From Candidatus Woesearchaeota archaeon (GTDB lineage: Archaea > Nanobdellota > Nanobdellia > SCGC-AAA011-G17 > UBA489), in NCBI GenBank assembly GCA_018302985.1, contig JAGVZA010000015.1, positions 1,471-65,470 on the forward strand: a DNA stretch of 64,000 bases, written 5' to 3'. Under the pieces are notes generated by a model. That model was not told the origin of the DNA and did not search any database. It saw only the letters and a program-made list of their open reading frames with translations. Positions 48,601 to 54,099 of this stretch are shown in pieces. Made by a program: the position numbers and the translations under genes. Position 1 is the first letter of the stretch, and the number at the start of each line of letters is the position of its first letter.

Positions 48601-48752
48601 TCTGCTGCTGCAAGTGCTGCAAATGCGCTTGAGAGTACTGTAATGTTACTTAAATTTGCTGCATAGACATGAATAAGGTCTCCTATACTTCCATCTATCT
48701 GTGTACTAGTCAGAGTACCGTCATTTCCTGTGGTGCTGCTAGAAACATCCAT
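42612..48752 (-). CDS. giant surface adhesin, C-terminal 2046-aa portion (Big_1/invasin-like repeats, Ig-like N-glycosylation-rich domains, Gly17 linker, TM, 311-aa cytoplasmic coiled-coil tail)
   Basis: Repeats of NP.VTAVVTD..G.....I.FS.S.GSMS...G.T...G.V.S.Q.GG.(L/V)G. Many NxS/T sequons. CNGADGVCGSGC. TM VINYWWAILFFLALLCAGSYMGY. The ORF begins mid-domain with no signal peptide. Confidence 0.8.
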   Translation of the reverse strand: MDVSSSTTGNDGTLTSTQIDGSIGDLIHVYAANLSNITVLSSAFAALAAADTAVAWYDVSTNNLLTIPITRLTKTIVTTSAAAFILSDNTPNNTTGFFTDIFQQSNNFSANITPVNFSSGDIVNIFYGTTTPVLDAAIVINQSALTDINTVAAQNNATNFFAFATNGTNPIVTAVVTDSDGYGIPDITVSFSSSVGTMSPTSGVTSLDGTVSSTQSGGTLGDTITVSSDNLTDIAVITNESINVAAPDTVYTWFDSNLMVAYTVTVNTTTKVLAGATTTTYTLDSFATYPLFSATISGEPAYEQNATQGTPSNITLTPRSYRDNDRVRVDVGTTTFSPDNFIRLRTDPSSKQYLFAFATSDANPIVTAVVTDENGTAVQNAAISFSASAGSMSIDSGVTEYNGTVTSTQSGGAVGDVIVVNATDINQSVYIYTNLSLVVDANARAFQWYDPVESVLYSATVSKTRDDTYNVLVTANTVSATVFDRTPKNCAVALQTCVSVSSVEPQTNTSAASIYIPRGTVTSDDFIQIGITTTTPGNDGLSIFTENSLNRFFAYADGDVNPNVTAVVTDADGTGLEGIEVNFSASAGSMSVTTGYTGPDGVVTSIQTGGALGNTITVESGALGIRKIITEEDDVGATDISYAWYDRSQQRVRMVTVNRTTNTLTNSSIYTTTLRDTTPESGVVITAIGALLQTNTTEGVQIIVPHTEAKGDKIAIATTLTTASVDAHLVIGDYVSGVTVEFTSTAGSMDVSSSTTGNDGTLTSTQIGTSSDADLINVYSANLSNTTLRVTQVESVTNSDFAIVWFDNVSRIYFASVDAITRVLSSGSSASVFGYDTTPNNDNTFSQGLVVQQGLNYSGNVSISVDRASAGGGIVYFDFSGISGFFQAFLEIGDVVVPFLSVVNPTNGSFFNISTVELNISVSDDLEVDQCFYDLNSAAVNTTVNGCTNVSLTSIEGENNITVYANDTTGNLQSEYIIFTVDTVEPNIVISNPNNLDNITSSTVTFTYIVTDALDTLLNCTFFIDNTITTTNSSVDNGTSTSLAATSVANGGHTGYILCNDDAANENQSITTNFNVDTAGPVINEITLSPSDVEYLDPGLIINITANVSDATLLVDTAIFSWKYDNETEFTNTTLVFNSGASLFENVSFTPDRNGTINYTVFANDTAGNENVGTIQNVVIDYDYTWNVTPTDLGESFAQFSENTSLGIFIFNVTGDVPINFTSIIADYALIFFNETMPVELQPGETLTVEINATGASTSQSDTINIMVNATNENQTTSPESENVTAALTSISPGPYIDLTFEEGSFGVQQSSVETYKVYAKNVGNDTVDNVSVAWVLPTGFSISSGNLSVSNDTLGVNDLLYNNITVIVGTTTTYDQNGTDTFLNITGLSESNNDTLSYNLSVDCNGADGVCGSGCFRAVDADCSNEVASSGASSSGGGGGGGGGGGGGGGGGIISSQSLFRSESSKTITLERGRSNEFILEVNNIQPGSVINEANIQITGFLTKYIKVLSRTLTNIGYKETKAFRIQVDAPRYLEESTYTLEALITAEVTANGQKGTLTDKRIITLLIKEESEEEIKEAIDKAEKAIVEMDQQQIPVSRSIVILEQAKKAYRDGKFKLAGQLAKQILDKKEKSFKSLELLKDLDLKIKEADKKGIVIAGTRQLANVAKEAFAREDFDVALQSLNEAQLTYILETKSRINIIKFVINYWWAILFFLALLCAGSYMGYVEIITLIIEFRKKNYEKEEETIHKLLKENQDRYYVTKDISDYEFHRDKEHYERRLSAIQQLKGKLRTQRVGYVVSITKELAKVQKEKEIVSNNLKALQERYYVRKDITKTDFENEMRIIRRSLVEIEEESAILEAKIQKKNITRKTTTKGKIVQKTIDFTVFIKRVSLIGIQKGINLIRRVKSERKEISSSMPQQTWADQRKKGFFIRNLVERIKSIIFRKKKQESLKQERSIFVTKDQPQRERNVFKKQEPESMCLPPKRLPEKPDQSIKNQQQNKENIKKRADVRRLSEAELKAYFPETAKEVDAVRKNLPPKWRGK
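44394..44444 (-). repeat. (GGN)17 coding tract = Gly17 linker
   Basis: Plus strand is TCC/ACC/GCC x17, in frame within the giant ORF (SSSG17IISS). Confidence 0.9.
46451..46549. repeat. 99-bp perfect repeat, copy 1 (in-frame, internal to the 2046-aa ORF)
   Basis: Identical to 48695-48793 by manual alignment. Encodes (V)SGVTVEFTSTAGSMDVSSSTTGNDGTLTSTQI. Confidence 0.9.
46874..47072. repeat. 199-bp repeat (6 mismatches) with 49128-49326
   Basis: Manual alignment. Both copies encode NPNVTAVVTDADGTGLEGIEVNFSASAGSMSV.TGYTGPDGVVTSIQTGGALGNTITVESGALGIR. Confidence 0.85.
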
Positions 48753-48793
48753 AGAACCTGCAGTGCTGGTGAACTCTACAGTAACTCCAGATA
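48695..48793. repeat. 99-bp perfect repeat, copy 2 (spans the junction of the two giant ORFs)
   Basis: Identical to 46451-46549. Identity ends at 48793, exactly where the reading frame changes. Confidence 0.9.
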
Positions 48794-51297
48794 AGGTTTG
48801 ATGGCGCTGGCAGATTAATAATTAGATCTATGGAAGGTGTTGTTGTTGTTGTTCCAATAGATAATCTATCACCTTGTCCATAAGTACCTGGTGAAACAAT
48901 AATATCTGCAGGTGTTGCGTTGTTCTGTGTGGTTGCAGAACCTGTAGTGAGGAGGACTCCGTTATTTAGAGTTCTATCTAGAGCTGTTGCAGTAATTGTG
49001 CCTGCATTTGCTAGAACATTTGTTGTTCTATTCACTGTGGCAACATTCACAGTTCTCCTTATTTTATCAAACCAGCCATAGGATCTATCTATTGCATTGA
49101 CATCATAAGAGTCATCAACAAATACTGTTCTTATTCCTAGAGCTCCGCTTTCTACAGTGATAGTATTGCCGAGAGCACCGCCAGTCTGGATGCTTGTTAC
49201 TACACCATCTGGACCAGTGTAACCAGTTGCAACGCTCATGGATCCAGCAGACGCAGAAAAGTTGACTTCTATACCTTCGAGACCAGTACCATCAGCATCT
49301 GTGACTACTGCAGTCACATTAGGATTAGGTCCTCCACTTGCGAAAGCAAAAAATTCATTAGAGCCACTTCGCGCAAGAATAAGTTCTCCATCAGTACCTG
49401 ATGTTGTTGCCACTGCTATTTCTATCCAGTCATCCGATAGATATGCATTCTGCGCTGCATAGGAGGTTGCTGGAGATATATTTGTTTGTTCCAGTAAACC
49501 ACCTATACCAAGACTCGTGATTGATGCAGTAGCCCCATTATAAGGAGTCCTATCATAAGCTGTAAATGTTGTAACTGTTGATTCTGCAAGAACATTATAG
49601 GTATCACTTGGATTTTTTATGACTGTAGCGCTATAAATCACAGATTCAACAGGATCAAACCACACAATAGCACGAGCATTTGCATTGACTGCCTGAGAAT
49701 TATTTACATAAATCAGTACAGTCTGATTGAGGTCTGGCGCAGAGATTACAATAGAATCTCCAATACTTCCGCCACTTTGCACACTTGTTGTTGTACCATT
49801 ATAACTAGTCAAACTATCAGCAATGCTCATGGATCCAGCAGATGAACTAAACGTGAGATTTACTCCTTGTACAGCTGTGCCATTATTATCAGTTACTACT
49901 CCTGTTACTGTAGGATTAGGACCAGCAGTTGCAAAAGCAAAAAGGTGATTTGTTTCTCTATTTCTCATAAAGACATATCCATCAAGATCGCCCGTTGGAG
50001 TTCCAGCAGTACGAACACGATCATTCTCGCCATATGTTCTTCTGATTAAAGGAAAGTATGCGGGCTCTGTATCAGACTGAGCATATGTTGAGTCTGTAGA
50101 AAAAGCTACTAAATTATTTGGATAACCATTGGTGTCTTCAGCAGTAAATGTAATAGTGTTAGCAGCATTTGCAATTATATTACTGACAGTATGAACAGAG
50201 TAAACTGTTTGATTATATTCATTGAACCATGTAACTAATTTACTGTTTGCTGCTGTTGCAGTAGTTGCATCTGCTGTGACTATGGTGACTGAGCTCAGAT
50301 TATCTGCACTAATAGTAATACCATTTCCTAAACCACCTCCGGATTGTGTGCTTGTAGCGATACCTCCTTCGTTTGTGGCACTAGTACTTTGGGACATAGA
50401 TCCAGAATTTACACTGAAACTAACTGTTTTTCCAGGAACACCGTGGCCAAAGGCATCGACAACTATTGCTGTGACAGTGGGATTAGTACCTCCATTTGCA
50501 TAGGCATAAAGAGTTGTCGGTCTTTGCTCTAGCAACTCGCCGAAAGCCGGATCATTTTGTGTAATACTGAGAGAGTATTCTTCTCCAGGATGAATATCCA
50601 TAATTTTCTTCCATTCACCAAAACACCTTCTAGAATCAAAGTCCCATTCCTTACATTTGTATACTACAGATCCTTCAGCAAGAATAGTAAGTGTTGCTTC
50701 TTCGAAATCTGCAGCTGTTGGATCAATAGCGTATACTCTTTCCCAGTTTCCTATTCTTGGTTGATCTGGAATATCTGCCGGAGGATTATCTATTCTAAAT
50801 ATTGCATCTTTTTGTTCTACTTTGAGTCCTTTTATTGCTATATTTTTTATTGATTGTTTTGAATCATCTAAACTTATATTCGCATCATAAGTATCTTTCT
50901 TAACCTTTGTTCTAGTTCCTGACTCCAACTCTTGCACAACTTTTTCTTGATCATTATATAACTCAACATCTCCAAAGATTGTCTTTCCAGTTTTATCTTC
51001 GATCTCAATTTTAAAATTCGCTATTTTTGAACTCTCAGCAGCAGAATCTCCCGACCTAAAAATAATCAAAAATAAAAGAAGTATGATGAAACTAGTGAAG
51101 AATGTACTAAAGAACACCCTCCCTTTTTTATCTTTTTTAGTAAGTATAATATCTTTTCTCTCTTGGATAATAAGAGAATCTTTTGTATGTTCTTTAAACA
51201 GTACTTCAGTGCCGTTGTCCCAATTCTTAAATTCTGCAATTTTTTTCGGTAGGGTCAGAATAAGCTGACCATTAGATAACTTTTGTATTTTAACCAA
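48739..51297 (-). CDS. giant surface adhesin, N-terminal 852-aa portion (AbrB-like N-domain, TM anchor, Big_1 repeats)
   Basis: TTG start. MVKIQKLSNGQLILTLPKKIAEFKNWDNGTEVLF (SpoVT/AbrB-like), TM FFSTFFTSFIILLLFLIIF, and three Big_1 super-repeats. The last 17 aa are out-of-frame nonsense (IWSYCRVHQHCRFYGCF). Confidence 0.8.
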   Translation of the reverse strand: MVKIQKLSNGQLILTLPKKIAEFKNWDNGTEVLFKEHTKDSLIIQERKDIILTKKDKKGRVFFSTFFTSFIILLLFLIIFRSGDSAAESSKIANFKIEIEDKTGKTIFGDVELYNDQEKVVQELESGTRTKVKKDTYDANISLDDSKQSIKNIAIKGLKVEQKDAIFRIDNPPADIPDQPRIGNWERVYAIDPTAADFEEATLTILAEGSVVYKCKEWDFDSRRCFGEWKKIMDIHPGEEYSLSITQNDPAFGELLEQRPTTLYAYANGGTNPTVTAIVVDAFGHGVPGKTVSFSVNSGSMSQSTSATNEGGIATSTQSGGGLGNGITISADNLSSVTIVTADATTATAANSKLVTWFNEYNQTVYSVHTVSNIIANAANTITFTAEDTNGYPNNLVAFSTDSTYAQSDTEPAYFPLIRRTYGENDRVRTAGTPTGDLDGYVFMRNRETNHLFAFATAGPNPTVTGVVTDNNGTAVQGVNLTFSSSAGSMSIADSLTSYNGTTTSVQSGGSIGDSIVISAPDLNQTVLIYVNNSQAVNANARAIVWFDPVESVIYSATVIKNPSDTYNVLAESTVTTFTAYDRTPYNGATASITSLGIGGLLEQTNISPATSYAAQNAYLSDDWIEIAVATTSGTDGELILARSGSNEFFAFASGGPNPNVTAVVTDADGTGLEGIEVNFSASAGSMSVATGYTGPDGVVTSIQTGGALGNTITVESGALGIRTVFVDDSYDVNAIDRSYGWFDKIRRTVNVATVNRTTNVLANAGTITATALDRTLNNGVLLTTGSATTQNNATPADIIVSPGTYGQGDRLSIGTTTTTPSIDLIINLPAPSNLIWSYCRVHQHCRFYGCF
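49128..49326. repeat. 199-bp repeat partner of 46874-47072
   Basis: See partner. The last 96 nt are identical. Confidence 0.85.
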
Positions 51298-51456
51298 GGA
51301 GAACCTTCTTTAGACTATTAGAAAAAATACTATTATAATTAATATTATAAATACTATTAAAAGAGATATTTTTATTCATGTCTTTTTCAATATTAACCAT
51401 TTATAAGAACTATATAAAGATTATGTTTTTTGGGCTGTTAATAAAAGGAAATAGTA

Positions 51457-52485
51457 TTAGATTTCCTTAACAAAAACTTCTTGGTCTGGGAAAATTTCAA
51501 CACCGACTCCTTTTACTATGCGCATTGCAACTACTTTTCTTTGATGTGCTACGCCCCTCATTTTTAGAACTTCAATTGCACGTTCTCTGATATTTTGTCT
51601 TTGAATAGAATAAAGAATAATCACACCATCTGCAAGAAATTCTTCAGTACCTGTAGGACTAAATTGTTTTGGAATCTGTGCTGTTTCAGTGATCAGGAAT
51701 GTTGTTGCTCCAATTTCCTCGAAATAACGAAATAATTTTTCAATATAAACTCTGTAAGTATCTTTTCTTCCAATAAATGCCGCAGAAATGGCAGTTAAGG
51801 AATCTACGAAAATAAACTCAGGAGTATAATCTTTTGGTAAAATAACAGGTTTGATATCAATTAAAAGTTCTCCTTTTTCTTTAGCTAACAACGCATCAAC
51901 ACTTCTCATAATATCAAAAGGGTTTAATCTTAAAAAAGCTAATTTCTCTTCTCTAATATATCTTTTCGCATCCCATCCAAAATCATTCATGTGTGAAATT
52001 AATCTCAGTTCTGATTCTTCGAGAGTTAGATACAAACATTTCTTTCCTTGCATACATGCATTCGCCATTATCTGTAAATTAAGAATTGTTTTTCCACTTC
52101 CAGTTCCACCACAGACAATAACTGCTGCACCTTTAGGAATTCCCTCTACAAGCAAACTATCCAAACCAGGGATTAGGGTCTTGTTAAATATATTTCCTGT
52201 TTCAGGCATTTTTCTATTTTTTATTATGGGATTAACATCTATTTGTGGATTAGTGAGTATTTCTTTTTTATCCTTTGGATCTTCACTAGTATCTGAATTT
52301 AATGCTGCACGCATAACTTTGATAATCTTTTGAAAGTTGAACTGTTTATTTTCTTTATTGATTTTTGTTGTTTTTTCATTGATTATGATAGGTTTAGGCT
52401 TATTTTCGACTTTTCTTTTAGAAAGATTTACATGTTTATGCTTAGAATTATCCTTTTTTAAGCCTTTTTTTTTCGTCGACATCAT
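51457..52485 (-). CDS. KaiC-like RecA-superfamily ATPase (intact motifs) with Lys-rich N-terminal extension
   Basis: Walker A CGGTGSGKT, catalytic LTLEESE, Walker B FIFVDSL, and C-terminal EVLKMRGVAHQRK. There is a disordered N-terminus of about 100 aa. Confidence 0.8.
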   Translation of the reverse strand: MMSTKKKGLKKDNSKHKHVNLSKRKVENKPKPIIINEKTTKINKENKQFNFQKIIKVMRAALNSDTSEDPKDKKEILTNPQIDVNPIIKNRKMPETGNIFNKTLIPGLDSLLVEGIPKGAAVIVCGGTGSGKTILNLQIMANACMQGKKCLYLTLEESELRLISHMNDFGWDAKRYIREEKLAFLRLNPFDIMRSVDALLAKEKGELLIDIKPVILPKDYTPEFIFVDSLTAISAAFIGRKDTYRVYIEKLFRYFEEIGATTFLITETAQIPKQFSPTGTEEFLADGVIILYSIQRQNIRERAIEVLKMRGVAHQRKVVAMRIVKGVGVEIFPDQEVFVKEI

Positions 52486-52651
52486 AAAACTACGAATATA
52501 CTAGTATAAAAAATTATCCTTAATGCAGGGTGTGGGACAGAAAAGACCTGACAGAGTAGACACAGCCAACATGTTGACACATGTGTGGCATAATCTCTAT
52601 TGGTTAGGCTGAGATAAGTTTATTCTGTCCCACACCCTAGAGCACCGAAAA

Positions 52652-52661
52652 GTATATAAAG
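52652..52661 (+). promoter_or_regulatory. TATA box inside the element driving the 54-aa ORF (leaderless)
   Basis: GTATATAAAG is centred about 28 nt upstream of ATG 52684. Confidence 0.45.
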
Positions 52662-52683
52662 CTATCTATAGATAACTATACTT

Positions 52684-52848
52684 ATGCCGAGAAAAATCGA
52701 ACTCGATCATGGTAAGCTTCAACTTACTGAAACAAAAGTAGAGGGATTCCTCGAAAGAACAGTCACCCCGATAGGCACATCCGCTAAAGCAGACGTGCCA
52801 AAAAGATACATCGGAAGAAGAGCATATGTGATAATAATCAAATATTAG
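52684..52848 (+). CDS. 54-aa AbrB-like small protein resembling archaeal 'putative transposon-encoded protein' (DUF2080)
   Basis: MPRKIELDHGKLQLTETKVEGFLERTVTPIGTSAKADVPKRYIGRRAYVIIIKY. Below the 60-aa ORF-track cutoff. Visibly higher GC than its surroundings. Confidence 0.5.
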   Translation: MPRKIELDHGKLQLTETKVEGFLERTVTPIGTSAKADVPKRYIGRRAYVIIIKY

Positions 52849-52910
52849 TTATTTCTGTCCCACACCCCTTAATGCAAACTTAAATAAACAAGAGAAATAG
52901 AGGTTATTAT

Positions 52911-53438
52911 ATGGTTCAGGAACTAGAAAAGATGGGGAAAGAAATTATAAATGTCTTAATGATTGTAGATGCTTCGCAATTACATCAAGTTTTAGCTGAT
53001 ACTATTGCTCATTTTTCCAGAAATGGAATGCCCGGTTTATTTTTTTCAACCACTAAACCAACAAGATTTTTTCAGGAAGAACTCATTAAGAAAAAAGTTG
53101 ATGTTGAAAAGATTATTTTTTTGGAAAGTATGGTTGATGAATCGAACATTTATAAAAATGTTGTTTTTGTTCAGACCTTGGAAGATCTTACAGGAATTAG
53201 TATAGTTTTAGAAGCTTTTATACAAGAACCCTCTCAAGAAAAATATGTATTAATAGATTCTTTAGATCTTTTAAAGATGTATAATAATCAAGAAATTGTT
53301 TTCAATTTTGTTGAACAGATCACTCAACTTTGTACGCTCAATAAAACTAATTGTATTATGATGACTAGTAAAAAAGACGAAGATGGTTTTGTTACTAAGA
53401 TTAAACCTTTTTTTAAAAAAGTTTTATTTAAAGTATAA
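52911..53438 (+). CDS. degenerate KaiC/RecA-like protein lacking Walker A
   Basis: VLMIVDAS..., GLFFSTTKP, YVLIDSLDLL (Walker-B-like) and NCIMMTSKK. It looks paralogous to 39820-40443. Confidence 0.45.
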   Translation: MVQELEKMGKEIINVLMIVDASQLHQVLADTIAHFSRNGMPGLFFSTTKPTRFFQEELIKKKVDVEKIIFLESMVDESNIYKNVVFVQTLEDLTGISIVLEAFIQEPSQEKYVLIDSLDLLKMYNNQEIVFNFVEQITQLCTLNKTNCIMMTSKKDEDGFVTKIKPFFKKVLFKV

Positions 53439-53439
53439 C

Positions 53440-54099
53440 ATGATCAACTTAGGAATTCCTGCATTGGATAAGGCATTTAAAGGAGGTTTAGATAATGGAA
53501 AGATTATTTTAATTAAATCTAAACCTAGAGCTGGAAAAATAGTTTTTGGCTACAAATTTCTAGAACAAGGACTAAAACAAGAAGAAAATTGTTTTTATTT
53601 TTTTCACAAAGCTAATACACAAGAGGCGATAGAAGAAACAGAAAATTACGGTCTTTCTACTAAAAAGCTCAAATTTATTAATAGTAATATGATTTATGGA
53701 AGAACTACTTCTCCAAATGTCGTTATTTGTGATCTTAATAGCCCTTCAGCCATAGATGTTCTTGATGGGTTGTTTCTAGATAAAGGGAGTGTCCGTGGAG
53801 TAATTACAGTTATTAGTGTGCTTTTTAGCAAAGGATTATTTTCCATTGCTTATTACTTGTTGAATCATCTCAGAAGATTAGTAGATCAAAACCCTCATTG
53901 GACTTTTCTGCTTACCATAGAACAAGGAGCGATTTCAGAAGAAGAGATGCAAGAAGCTGAAAAATTGGTTGATGTTGGTATAGAGCTCGTCGAAAAAAAA
54001 CCTGGAGAAGGAGATTTACTAATTTATAAGAGCTATAAACCTGTTACGAAAAAATCATTTAATTATAAAGTAAAGACTAATGAATTTATTGTTACTTGA
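53440..54099 (+). CDS. KaiC/RecA-like protein with degenerate P-loop
   Basis: KaiC-type N-terminus GIPALDKAFKGGLDNGKIILIKSKPRAGKIVF. The P-loop is SKPRAGKI instead of GxxxxGK[ST]. Start at ATG 53440, 1 nt after the upstream stop. Confidence 0.55.
   Translation: MINLGIPALDKAFKGGLDNGKIILIKSKPRAGKIVFGYKFLEQGLKQEENCFYFFHKANTQEAIEETENYGLSTKKLKFINSNMIYGRTTSPNVVICDLNSPSAIDVLDGLFLDKGSVRGVITVISVLFSKGLFSIAYYLLNHLRRLVDQNPHWTFLLTIEQGAISEEEMQEAEKLVDVGIELVEKKPGEGDLLIYKSYKPVTKKSFNYKVKTNEFIVT

Larger units (their letters stand above)
46083..50505 (-). repeat. array of about 7 coding super-repeats (about 190-197 aa each; Big_1 core plus a WFD/WYD-containing module)
   Basis: Big_1 cores recur at roughly 585-nt spacing across both ORFs. 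Some units are 97-100% identical at the DNA level. Confidence 0.75.
52528..52867. mobile_element. 340-bp MITE-like element with terminal inverted repeats and 9-bp target-site duplication
   Basis: Left TIR GGGTGTGGGACAGAA(A) at 52528-52543, right TIR (T)TTCTGTCCCACACCC at 52852-52867. Flanking direct CTTAATGCA at 52519-52527 and 52868-52876. An extra internal right-type copy sits at 52623-52637. Confidence 0.65.

Noticed and set aside
46984-49462. Plus-strand ORFs 46984-47172, 47476-47793 and 49238-49462 that share the MDPADAEK... N-terminus
   Set aside because: They lie antisense within the giant adhesin ORFs. Their mutual similarity simply reflects the DNA repeats of the adhesin, so they are not independent genes.
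52528-52867. Three copies of a 15-nt motif as a mini CRISPR array
   Set aside because: The copies are in mixed orientation (one inverted, two direct), with unequal spacing (80 and 215 bp) and flanking target-site duplication. This is a transposon architecture, not repeat-spacer.
53383-53439. Upstream extension of the 238-aa ORF overlapping the previous gene
   Set aside because: The KaiC-type N-terminus (INLGIPALDKAF) begins at ATG 53440, 1 nt after the upstream stop. The extension is read through the neighbour's 3' end.
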